Positions 1-8,215 are shown, numbered from the stretch's first letter. The stretch is DNA of 18,088 bases from Sulfurimonadaceae bacterium (GCA_041548245.1 JBFESZ010000039.1:1-18088); one strand, 5' to 3'. The notes: generated from the letters alone by a model not told the origin. Numbers and translations are program-made.

Positions 1-794
1 CCCACTGCAGAAATCATATATAAAAACAGATAGACAAGGGCTACACTCATGCCAGGGTCTGCCCACAATACAAGTCTATCAAGCTCGCTCTTGGCGAGTT
101 CTCTCAAATACTTGTAACTCAACAGACCCACAAGAATAAACACTAAGAATTTAAAAACCAGTGGCAAAGCTCTCTCTTTAAAAAGTCTTCTTAGATTTGC
201 CTTATCATGCAGTGCAAAAAGAATATCGAAGATCAAAAAAGAGAACAGCAGTGTAATGATAAGCGACTCCACAGGATCTGTTGTGAACGAGAAAAAAATC
301 ATATAAAGCAATACGTGATAGCCCATCTTCTGATCCACTCTATTTTTTGCATACAATTGAGCGATACTGTCACGGCTTTGTAATAGTTTGTTCCCTAAAA
401 ACGTCCAGAAAAGAAAAAGTACGACAAAGGCACCCAAAGCTAAAATGATAAGACGTGCATTCATACTAAATAGAACAGATGCCTTGATAAAAAGAAGAAA
501 GAACGCCCCGCCTAAAAGAGGTATGCCTATCATATAAAAAGGAAGCTTGATATAGAACATAATCAAACGTGAAGCATCCGGATCCTTTATCAGTGTACTG
601 TAGGTCATACTCAGTTTTTTATTGGCAATGATGAGACGTAAAGGATAATACAGAACAAGGGTCAAGACCAAAAACAGTGTTGTCGTCATCGAACGTGTCG
701 GATCATAGGCATTGAAAAAGGTTAATGCAATAAACGCGAAGGCTAAGAAGAGGAAGGAGAATGATGCCAATTTTTTAGAGAGAGTCGAAATCAT
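1..794 (-). CDS. Polytopic integral membrane protein, hypothetical (3'-truncated by the window edge)
   Basis: Not in the ORF track because it has no stop inside the window. Manual translation from ATG 794 (MISTLSKKLASFSFLFLAFAFIALTFFNAYDP...) stays open to base 1 (at least 264 codons) and has many hydrophobic segments. TAAGAT lies 6 nt upstream of the ATG. Confidence 0.8.
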   Translation of the reverse strand, partial: MISTLSKKLASFSFLFLAFAFIALTFFNAYDPTRSMTTTLFLVLTLVLYYPLRLIIANKKLSMTYSTLIKDPDASRLIMFYIKLPFYMIGIPLLGGAFFLLFIKASVLFSMNARLIILALGAFVVLFLFWTFLGNKLLQSRDSIAQLYAKNRVDQKMGYHVLLYMIFFSFTTDPVESLIITLLFSFLIFDILFALHDKANLRRLFKERALPLVFKFLVFILVGLLSYKYLRELAKSELDRLVLWADPGMSVALVYLFLYMISAV

Positions 795-815
795 GAGTTA
801 ATCTTACACTATTTT

Positions 816-824
816 TGCTAAGAT
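816..824 (+). promoter_or_regulatory. Extended -10 promoter (TGC-TAAGAT) for the AEC transporter gene
   Basis: TGn+TAnnAT about 48 nt upstream of the TTG start. It is back-to-back with the minus-strand TAAGAT at 801-806. Confidence 0.55.
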
Positions 825-871
825 TGCATCTTAGATGACACCTTGTCAACAGCAATATTTTAGGACTATTT

Positions 872-1780
872 TTGGGCAGTTTATTCTTGGCTATCACCGC
901 CATTTACATCTTTATCCTCGTCGGTTACAGCGCCAAACATTTTTTTAAAGAACGCATCGATGAAAAATCGCTGAACCTTCTTTCCGTCTATTTCCTTCAA
1001 GTATTTTTGACCTTTTGGGGGCTTTTGAAACGTCCTCTTGATGCAGAGCTCTTGCTTGCACCTCTGGTCTACTTCGGTATCGTAGCGCTTATTTTGATAT
1101 TGACATTTTTTCTCGCACGCAGACTCTTTAGCGATCCCAAAGAGCGTTCCATCGCTTCGATCGCCGCGCTGATAGGAAACACAGGAAATCTTGGTATCCC
1201 TGTCGGCATCGTCATCTTCGGGGAAGAGAGTATTCCCTTTACCACGCTGATGAATCTCATGAATGTCTTTATCGTTTATACCTTTGGTGTCTATTTCTAT
1301 TCCCGCGGACATTTTTCCGTTCAAGAGTCCATTAAAAACATCTTTAAGCTTCCCATTCTCTGGTTCGCCTTTTTAGCACTTACGCTCAACTTCTATCAAG
1401 TCAATCTTCCTATCGAGATCATGCGTGTTCTTGAGATGGGAGCTTATGCGAGTATGGTGCTTCAGATGATCATTCTGGGTATGTATCTGCAGGGTGTAAG
1501 GCTGAACCATCTCAATATCAGACTTATTGTTCATGTCAATGTGGTGAAGTTTATCCTTTTGCCCACGCTCACATTTTTCATTTTGCAGTTCACACCATTT
1601 TCAAGTATGGTCAAAGGTATTATCTTTTTAGAGCTCTTTATGCCTCTTGCCGTTGCAAATGTCAACCTGGGATCGCTCTATGAGTGCAAACCAAAAGATA
1701 TTACAGCGCTAATATTCATCTCATCACTGCTTTTTTTAGGACTTAGTTTCTTCGCACTGTACGCTCTTGAACGACTTTAA
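872..1780 (+). CDS. AEC (auxin efflux carrier / malate permease) family transporter
   Basis: 302 aa with about 10 hydrophobic segments. Carries the family motifs GNTGNLGIPV and MPLAVAN. TTG start preceded by TAGGA. Confidence 0.9.
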   Translation: MGSLFLAITAIYIFILVGYSAKHFFKERIDEKSLNLLSVYFLQVFLTFWGLLKRPLDAELLLAPLVYFGIVALILILTFFLARRLFSDPKERSIASIAALIGNTGNLGIPVGIVIFGEESIPFTTLMNLMNVFIVYTFGVYFYSRGHFSVQESIKNIFKLPILWFAFLALTLNFYQVNLPIEIMRVLEMGAYASMVLQMIILGMYLQGVRLNHLNIRLIVHVNVVKFILLPTLTFFILQFTPFSSMVKGIIFLELFMPLAVANVNLGSLYECKPKDITALIFISSLLFLGLSFFALYALERL

Positions 1781-2223
1781 CCCTCTTCTTCTGGCTCTAA
1801 CATCTCGGGTGAGATCCCAATGATCCAGTCATAGGCAATAACGCACGGTTTTTTATTGACTTCGACAAGATAGAAGTGGTGATTATCTTCGATTAATTCC
1901 GGTGCGATGAGCTTTGTCTTCTCCACCTCATCAGGACGTATTTTTAATAGCACAATAGCTGTTTTAAATTGCTCTATTATCTGTGAACTGGTCGGATCAG
2001 CATATTCAACTCTGTCTCCTTTACGGATCAATGAACGCTTTAAAAACTCAAATCCTCTAAGTGTCTTAGGAAAAAGACCGACACCAAGCAGTAAAGTGAT
2101 CACAGCAGCACTCCAGTGTAAGGCTGATAGAATAAAACCTGTACTTAAAACAGCCATTACATAGAAAAAAAAGAAAAATGCCGTAAACCTTTCAAAGGCC
2201 ATCACACGAAATACGGTTATCAT
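1777..2223 (-). CDS. Hypothetical membrane protein (two TM helices plus a small beta-rich soluble domain)
   Basis: ATG 2223 follows AAAGGGT and avoids overlap with the upstream PRTase. 148 aa. Its stop shares TTAA (1777-1780) with the convergent AEC gene. Confidence 0.65.
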   Translation of the reverse strand: MITVFRVMAFERFTAFFFFFYVMAVLSTGFILSALHWSAAVITLLLGVGLFPKTLRGFEFLKRSLIRKGDRVEYADPTSSQIIEQFKTAIVLLKIRPDEVEKTKLIAPELIEDNHHFYLVEVNKKPCVIAYDWIIGISPEMLEPEEEG

Positions 2224-2260
2224 ACCCTTTAAAAGATGGGAGTAGGCGCGTAAGTTATCC

Positions 2261-2707
2261 TTAATCTGACTCAAAATCTTTTTCCCAGAAGAACCCGATC
2301 CACTCTTTTGCTTCATGAACACTAAAATCAGGCTGGATAACAGCTGAAGTTTTATAAAAGAGAGATGCTATCTTAAATTCCACCTCCGGATACCTCTTTT
2401 TTAACATTGTCAACACCTCATGCATTGTCTCACCGCTATCAACAATGTCATCTAGGATCAGGACCTTTTTAGCATCACTTAAATCCGGTATATTAAAGAC
2501 TTCACAATGCTGTCCTTTCTGCTCTTTCTCATACAAAATCGAATTGATCGTAAACAAGCGTCTGTTATCAACGGCATTTGCATAAGCATGTCCCAAAGTC
2601 ATTCCTCCGCGTGCGATTGCGATAAGGGTATCGGCCTTGAATACTTTTGAAGACTCCACCAACTTTTTTGTGTCTTTTACAAACTCTTCATAACTATAAT
2701 AAATCAT
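2261..2707 (-). CDS. Type I purine phosphoribosyltransferase (xanthine/guanine/hypoxanthine PRT-like)
   Basis: IAIARGG motif, PRPP-binding VLILDDIVDSGET, and C-terminal WIGFFWE similar to the Gpt WIxxPW motif. ATG 2707 preferred over GTG 2713. Confidence 0.88.
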   Translation of the reverse strand: MIYYSYEEFVKDTKKLVESSKVFKADTLIAIARGGMTLGHAYANAVDNRRLFTINSILYEKEQKGQHCEVFNIPDLSDAKKVLILDDIVDSGETMHEVLTMLKKRYPEVEFKIASLFYKTSAVIQPDFSVHEAKEWIGFFWEKDFESD

Positions 2708-2741
2708 AAACACGATTGTAACGGAACTTTCTTATTTATTG

Positions 2742-2750
2742 TGTTAAAAT
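2742..2750 (+). promoter_or_regulatory. Extended -10 promoter (TGT-TAAAAT) for mscS and the lipoprotein operon
   Basis: TGn-TAAAAT 24 nt upstream of ATG 2775, followed by a GGAG RBS. Confidence 0.6.
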
Positions 2751-2774
2751 ATTTTAAACATTTTTGGAGAGTAT

Positions 2775-3875
2775 ATGCAGGATATGACGCGTCTTTTAGA
2801 ACAAACCTATTTCGGTAACACACTTTCCCAGTGGTTGATATCTTTAGGTATTCTGCTCTTTTTTATCTTTTTACGTCGTCTCGTGGCTCACTTTATAATC
2901 TCCATCTTCCATAAGTTGACAGCAAGGACCAAAAACACCCTCGATGATGCCATTATCGCAGCCATTGAACCGCCTGTACGTCTGGTCATTATGCTGCTCG
3001 GTCTTTACGGAAGTCTTTTTTCCTTGACGCTTCCTGATACATTTACAAACTTCAGCAGTCACTTCTTCCGTTCCATGTATGCCTTGACGCTTTTTTGGGC
3101 CCTGTATCGTATTGTTAATATCTTCAGTGATTTTCTTCACGAGTTTGACGGTAAGGTTGCCAGCCGTTTTAGTACTGATCTTGCCCTCTTCTTGGTTAAA
3201 GTTGCTAAACTTTTTCTACTCGTCATGGGCTTTGTCATCATCGTACAAGAGTGGGGTTACAACTTTACAGGTTTTCTGGCATCTTTAGGTCTGGGAGGTC
3301 TTGCCTTTGCCTTGGCTGCCAAAGACACAGCAGCCAATCTTTTTGGTTCCCTTGTCATCTTCTCTGACAAACCCTTTGACGTAGGTGACTGGATACAGAC
3401 ACCTGCTGTCGAAGGAACGGTCGAGAGCATAGGAATCCGCTCTACCCGCGTGCGCACCTTTGCCAAAGCACTCGTTGCCGTGCCTAATGCTACACTGGCC
3501 AACAGTCCCATCACAAACTGGTCGCGCATGACCATGCGCCGTATCAAGATGACGATTGGTCTGACGTATGACACAAACTCGACTCAGATGCAAAGCATAT
3601 TGGAAGCAATTCGCACTATGTTACGCAATGACACCGATATCAATGACACGACTATACTTGTCAATTTTACAGACTTTCAGGACTCAGCCTTAGGGATTTT
3701 TTGTTACTTTTTCACTAACACAACAAACTGGCAGGAGTATCTGATGGTAAGAGAACGCATTAATCTTTCCATTATGAAGATCGTGGAAGAGAACAATGCA
3801 AGCTTTGCCTTCCCTTCGCAGTCTGTATACATTGAAAGTCTGCCAGACAATCCGACTAAACAATTAGAGGCCTAA
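2775..3875 (+). CDS. MscS-family small-conductance mechanosensitive channel (YnaI-like, extra N-terminal TM helices)
   Basis: TM3 motif ASLGLGGLAFALAAKDTAANLFGS, plus DKPFDVGDWI, GTVESIGIRSTRVRT, VPNA...ITNWS and C-terminal FAFPSQ. Confidence 0.95.
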   Translation: MQDMTRLLEQTYFGNTLSQWLISLGILLFFIFLRRLVAHFIISIFHKLTARTKNTLDDAIIAAIEPPVRLVIMLLGLYGSLFSLTLPDTFTNFSSHFFRSMYALTLFWALYRIVNIFSDFLHEFDGKVASRFSTDLALFLVKVAKLFLLVMGFVIIVQEWGYNFTGFLASLGLGGLAFALAAKDTAANLFGSLVIFSDKPFDVGDWIQTPAVEGTVESIGIRSTRVRTFAKALVAVPNATLANSPITNWSRMTMRRIKMTIGLTYDTNSTQMQSILEAIRTMLRNDTDINDTTILVNFTDFQDSALGIFCYFFTNTTNWQEYLMVRERINLSIMKIVEENNASFAFPSQSVYIESLPDNPTKQLEA

Positions 3876-4870
3876 TGAAAATAACACAATTTTTTTTCTC
3901 AATACTTTCTATTTTATTCTTTGCGGCATGCGGAGGCAGTAAGGAAGCTCAACCCGTATCCTATCCTTCTTGGTATATGAATCTTCCAAACAATAATGGC
4001 ACTTCACTCTATGGTGTAGGAGAAGGACGCAACATCGATGAGGCGAAGGCGTCTGCACTGAATGCAGTAGCAGCTTCACTCTCCACTACTGTCAGCTCAG
4101 AATTTAAAAAGAATGAATCGACACTGAGCTTCAACGGTAATGAAAATGCCTATCATTCAGCTATCAATACTATCAAAGCACAAGTCAAAGAGATCGAGTT
4201 CAACGACTATCAAGTGATCGAAAACCATGTGACTGCACATAAGGTTATTGTCCTTATTGAAGTATCACGCGCCAGACTTCTTCAACAACAGCAAGAAAAA
4301 CTCGATCGTTTTTCAACAGAGCTGACAGCTGAAAAAAAGAACATCTCTGAACAATCCCCTTTGCAACAAACCTATTTATACTCTGTTCAGATAGACAAAG
4401 CACAAAAACTACAATCCATGGCTCTTCTGTGCAAGACGATCAACACTAATTTTGACACAACGCCCTACCTCAGACAAGCCGCCGACATCAAGCAGGCTAA
4501 AAATGATGCCATGAACAATACAAAAGTGTTCATTAGTGCCGACATGGATGCCAGGGTATTCACCGATGTTCTTAAAGAGGGCCTCAACAAAGCAGGTATC
4601 AAGACGGTAGCAAGCCATGCTGATGCAAATATTCATATAAAAAACCGTTTTCAACTCGATGAGATTTACGGGTTTAAAATCGCAAAAGCAAGTCTCTCTC
4701 TGTCAATTAAAGATGCTAACCAGAAGACAATATCGACACGATCTCTCAGTCTAAGCGGAAAATCCAGATATGATTACGAAAAAGCTAAAGCCAATACTGC
4801 CCAAGTTTTGGCTAATAAAATTGATGAAGAGGGAATTTACACCCTCTTGGGAATCAAACAATCAAAGTAA
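3875..4870 (+). CDS. Lipoprotein with N-terminal LPP20-type domain and C-terminal extension
   Basis: Lipobox FAAC, PSWY, and GVGEG...AKASALNAVAASL-S-TVSS (LPP20-like). TAATG stop/start overlap with mscS. Confidence 0.75.
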   Translation: MKITQFFFSILSILFFAACGGSKEAQPVSYPSWYMNLPNNNGTSLYGVGEGRNIDEAKASALNAVAASLSTTVSSEFKKNESTLSFNGNENAYHSAINTIKAQVKEIEFNDYQVIENHVTAHKVIVLIEVSRARLLQQQQEKLDRFSTELTAEKKNISEQSPLQQTYLYSVQIDKAQKLQSMALLCKTINTNFDTTPYLRQAADIKQAKNDAMNNTKVFISADMDARVFTDVLKEGLNKAGIKTVASHADANIHIKNRFQLDEIYGFKIAKASLSLSIKDANQKTISTRSLSLSGKSRYDYEKAKANTAQVLANKIDEEGIYTLLGIKQSK

Positions 4871-4886
4871 ACCCCTAAGGATTAGT

Positions 4887-5897
4887 ATGCTCAGACAGAT
4901 CATATCTCTTATTTTCATATTGCTGATATATAGCGGATGTGGAGCCACCATCGATTCTATCGAAGCCTACGCCCCTATTCCCCTTGAGAGATCTCCATTT
5001 ATGCCAAGCAAAGAAGAGATTAAAAGTGGGAAGACAAAAGTCGTACTTACGCGCATCGATGACACTGACTTCACACTTGCAAGGCAAGCCAACCTTGGGC
5101 AGTCGCTTTTAGTTGAACTTGAACAGAGATTGGGAAAAAGCGGAACAGTTGAGATTCTCGACAGAGATATCGCAAGAAAGTTTGAAGAAGAGATCCGTTT
5201 AAGCGAGATGAACGCGGACTCGCAGATGAGTGAGATTGAACTTTCCATTGCAAAATATGCCATCTCGGGAAACCTTTCCAATGCCCAATTCACGTCCCAG
5301 TTTGTTCAGACAGCCAAGTGGGTTGACAAGAAGGGAAAAGTCTATGTAATCCCGGCACACTACAACTATACCGCATCCGTAAAAGGTGTCTTGAAGATAT
5401 ATGCCATTCCATCAATGAAGATTGTCAAGACCATAGGTTTTTCAGGTAGCAGTACACGTCGTGAAGACAGTAAATATTATGGTGATGACTATCTACCATC
5501 CGATACCGTAGGAATGATCAATAAAGCAGGAAGTTCTGCCATTTACTCAACGCGTTATGAGTTCAAAAATTTTCTTGCTCCCAAGGGTTATATTATGGAA
5601 CAAAGGGATGATGAAGACAGAAGTATACTTCTTGTCAATATAGGAAGCGATGATGGTCTAAGCACAGGTGACGATGTTAAGATCTACAGTACAAAAAGCA
5701 CGCTTAATCCATTAACAGATGAAGAAGAGATCCATGATACCGTAGTTGCAGAAGGTATCGTCTCTGATAAGCTCTCAAAACACAGGGCCTGGATCATTGT
5801 CGAAGAAAAAACCAATGCTGTCAAACTTGGCGATTATGTAAAGGCTAATTACTCCTTTGGTTTTGGTGACTTTTTCAATGGCTTCTTACAACATTAA
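4887..5897 (+). CDS. Lipoprotein with CsgG/HfaB (TolB-N-like) domain and FlgT-C-like beta domain
   Basis: ATG 4887 follows TAAGGA. Lipobox YSGC. The pattern VEILDR...EEIRLSE...AKYAISGNLS is typical of CsgG-like folds. C-terminal LVNIGSDDGLSTGDDVKIY...GDYV resembles FlgT C-terminal domains. Confidence 0.65.
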   Translation: MLRQIISLIFILLIYSGCGATIDSIEAYAPIPLERSPFMPSKEEIKSGKTKVVLTRIDDTDFTLARQANLGQSLLVELEQRLGKSGTVEILDRDIARKFEEEIRLSEMNADSQMSEIELSIAKYAISGNLSNAQFTSQFVQTAKWVDKKGKVYVIPAHYNYTASVKGVLKIYAIPSMKIVKTIGFSGSSTRREDSKYYGDDYLPSDTVGMINKAGSSAIYSTRYEFKNFLAPKGYIMEQRDDEDRSILLVNIGSDDGLSTGDDVKIYSTKSTLNPLTDEEEIHDTVVAEGIVSDKLSKHRAWIIVEEKTNAVKLGDYVKANYSFGFGDFFNGFLQH

Positions 5898-5956
5898 AGT
5901 GCTCAAGAAAATATCTCTTAAACACAACATATCATTATTGTTTTATAAAATTTAGG

Positions 5957-5962
5957 TACAAT
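5957..5962 (+). promoter_or_regulatory. Internal -10 element (TACAAT) upstream of the Lpp20-like gene
   Basis: TACAAT in an AT-rich 106-nt gap, followed by an AAAGGA RBS at 5991-5996. Confidence 0.5.
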
Positions 5963-6003
5963 AATCTCATATTTATCAATTACTCTATATAAAGGACTTT
6001 ATT

Positions 6004-6591
6004 ATGAAGAGAACACTTGGATCGATCTTCCTAGCGACTGCTTTAGTGACATCATTTACAGCTTGTAGCGATAAAAAACCTAGCCCAAGCGAAGAAGATG
6101 CTGATTTTCGCTGCCGTGTAGACGGACAACTCGCACCTGAATGGACCTGCGGCAATGCTGGAGCAGAAGGGGCTGTCACAGCGGTAGGTTCCGCTCCATT
6201 AAGCAAACTGGGACAAGGTTTTTCTCGTCGTGAAGCTTTAGCGAATGGTCGTTCCAACCTCGCACAGCAGATTCAAACACTTGTCAAAGACAAAGTTGAA
6301 ACATTCGCACGTTCAACCGGTGTTGGTGGAGACGAAGTTGCTGACAAAGTATCTACTCAGGTTTCAAAACAGGTAGCCAAGGTCACACTTAACGGTTCAA
6401 AGCAGCTTAAATACTGGCAAAACCCATCTACAAAATCGATCTACCTTCTTGTCGGTGTAAGCGAAGAGAGTCTAAACCAGGAAGTCAAAAACCAAGTCAA
6501 ATCATCGTATAAAAACGACAACGCACTATGGCAGCAGTTTCAAGCCAAAAATGCGCTCGAAGCCCTTGAAAAAGAGTTTCCATCTGACTGA
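6004..6591 (+). CDS. LPP20-family lipoprotein (Helicobacter Lpp20-like)
   Basis: Lipobox FTAC, APEW, AVGSA...RREALANGRSNLAQQIQTLVK, and late IYLLVGV strand. Strong RBS. Confidence 0.85.
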   Translation: MKRTLGSIFLATALVTSFTACSDKKPSPSEEDADFRCRVDGQLAPEWTCGNAGAEGAVTAVGSAPLSKLGQGFSRREALANGRSNLAQQIQTLVKDKVETFARSTGVGGDEVADKVSTQVSKQVAKVTLNGSKQLKYWQNPSTKSIYLLVGVSEESLNQEVKNQVKSSYKNDNALWQQFQAKNALEALEKEFPSD

Positions 6592-6596
6592 TGATT

Positions 6597-6677
6597 CGGT
6601 AGAGCTTCCTGCTCTGCTGCAAGTCAAGAAATATCTAAAGATAAACGCACAAAGCTTATGTCTTTATTTTTGGATAT
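6597..6677 (+). other. Two tandem intergenic RNA hairpins
   Basis: CGGTAGAGC/GCTCTGCTG (6597-6619, 9 bp, 2 G-U) and ATATCTAAAGATAAA/TTTATTTTTGGATAT (6631-6677, 15 bp, 2 G-U). Confidence 0.6.
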
Positions 6678-6689
6678 CTGGATTTTATA

Positions 6690-7094
6690 ATGTATAGATC
6701 ACTGTTTCTCATTCTCATTCTTCCCACTCTTTTTACCGCTTGTTACAAGAAAATGCATACCGAACCTCCGATCAGCGAACCGGCATGGATAGTCCAGCCC
6801 TCCCTCAACGGCAATATCGGTGCGGTGGGCAGTGCCCAAGAGCATTTTAGAGGAAAGAGTGCCCAACGGCGGCTGGCCATATCACGTGCCTTGGATGAAC
6901 TCTCTCAACAAAGCGGTGTTCAAGTCCACAGTACTATAAAACGTTCGGAAAGACGAAATGGTATGCATACCAACTCCTCGGCTGAAATATATACGATACA
7001 GAACAGTTCAAATGAAACTATCCAAGCCCATATCCAGGAGGTATGGACACATCCTTTGACCAAAGAGGTATACGTATGGTTAGTAGCAGACTGA
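6690..7094 (+). CDS. Small LPP20-like lipoprotein
   Basis: Lipobox FTAC, PAWI, GAVGSA...QRRLAISRALDELSQQ, and C-terminal EVYVWLV. Same motif order as the 6004 gene. Confidence 0.75.
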   Translation: MYRSLFLILILPTLFTACYKKMHTEPPISEPAWIVQPSLNGNIGAVGSAQEHFRGKSAQRRLAISRALDELSQQSGVQVHSTIKRSERRNGMHTNSSAEIYTIQNSSNETIQAHIQEVWTHPLTKEVYVWLVAD

Positions 7095-8215
7095 TACTCC
7101 TATTGTTTTCCTCATTTTTGAATGCACAAGAGAGTTTTGAGGCGTATAAAGAGGCACAGGAAAACAGTTTTGCACAGGAGAGGAGAAGCTTCATTGATTT
7201 CAAAAAAGCTGAAGATGAGGCTTTTACGTCACACCTAAAACATGAACACAAGGCGATATCAGCCTACAGAAAAAAAGTAAAAGCCCTCTGGCCTGAAGCT
7301 GATCTGGGTGATGAAAAACGACTGGTCACCTATTCTCAAGATCTTCGGACACAGCATGTGATTGACTTTGAGAACAACACCATAACTATCTCACAAAAAA
7401 ATGAAGACGAGAGCACGGCCGAAAAGAAACTCCTGGAATCTTTGGACAAGACCTTAAAGCTCGACAGCTTCCAAGTCTTTAATGAAAGCCCCCTCGATCA
7501 AGACATCGACAAAATATCCAAAGTATCACCCTATATCAAGACAGCACGGCTCGACAAACAAAAACTTTTGCCTAATGCCTCAACAGACACGCTAAAAATG
7601 AATGAAAGCATCAGCATAAGTAGGCAAGACAATACCTATAGGCTGACCTATACCTTGCCAAAAGACTCGACCTACCAACGCTCAAGCAGCTATCTCGTCC
7701 CGGCCAAGTCAAATGCCCAACGTTTCAGACTCAAAGCAGAATGGCTTTTAGCCATCATGCACTCAGAAAGCAGTTTTAACCCTATGGCGCGTTCATGGGT
7801 CCCTGCCTACGGTCTGATGCAGATCGTACCTAAAACAGCCGGCATTGATTCTTATTATTTTTTATATAAAAAACGCCGTCTTCTTTCTGCCTCATACCTT
7901 TATAATACACAAAATAACATCGAGACAGGGTCTGCCTATTTCCATATCCTCTACTATAAATACCTTGCCTCCATCAAAGACCCTACCAGTCGTCTCTACT
8001 GCGCTATTGCCGGATATAATACAGGAGCTGGCAATGTCGCTCGTGCTTTTGTCGGAACCAATAGTGTTCAAAGGGCATCGGTGCTTATCAACAAGATGAA
8101 CCCGGCAAGTGTCTACGAACACCTGCGTAGACACTTGCGTCATGATGAAACGAAGCAGTATCTGAAAAATGTCCGTGAGCGCAGCCAAAAGTATAAAACC
8201 CTTTATAATCTCTAA
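7076..8215 (+). CDS. MltC-like lytic murein transglycosylase (DUF3393-like N-terminus plus SLT domain)
   Basis: Catalytic motif IMHSESSFNP, YGLMQIVP-TAG and AGYNTGAGNV. N-terminal VTYSQDLRTQHVIDFENNTITI resembles MltC-N. Start 7076 (GAGG RBS) gives a signal peptide ending LNA|QE. Confidence 0.88.
   Translation: MVSSRLILLLFSSFLNAQESFEAYKEAQENSFAQERRSFIDFKKAEDEAFTSHLKHEHKAISAYRKKVKALWPEADLGDEKRLVTYSQDLRTQHVIDFENNTITISQKNEDESTAEKKLLESLDKTLKLDSFQVFNESPLDQDIDKISKVSPYIKTARLDKQKLLPNASTDTLKMNESISISRQDNTYRLTYTLPKDSTYQRSSSYLVPAKSNAQRFRLKAEWLLAIMHSESSFNPMARSWVPAYGLMQIVPKTAGIDSYYFLYKKRRLLSASYLYNTQNNIETGSAYFHILYYKYLASIKDPTSRLYCAIAGYNTGAGNVARAFVGTNSVQRASVLINKMNPASVYEHLRRHLRHDETKQYLKNVRERSQKYKTLYNL

Noticed and set aside
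2165-2172. A8 homopolymer as a phase-variation tract
   Set aside because: Short A/T runs are common in this AT-rich DNA, and this one encodes a Phe run in a TM helix. No long poly-G/C tracts were seen.
2224-2322. Extended start of the two-TM hypothetical protein
   Set aside because: It overlaps the PRTase 3' end and has no RBS.
4770-4886. Longer start for the CsgG-like lipoprotein given by the ORF track
   Set aside because: It overlaps the upstream gene by 101 nt and buries the signal peptide. ATG 4887 has a good RBS and lipobox spacing.
4887-5897. Calling the cluster a curli (csg) or flagellar (flgOPT) locus
   Set aside because: There are no curlin-repeat or flagellar genes in the window, and the resemblance is at fold or motif level only.
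7036-7075. AGGAGGT directly before ATG 7043 as the transglycosylase start
   Set aside because: There is no spacing between SD and ATG, and the motif is explained by Gln-Glu-Val codons of the upstream gene. ATG 7076 gives a clean signal peptide.
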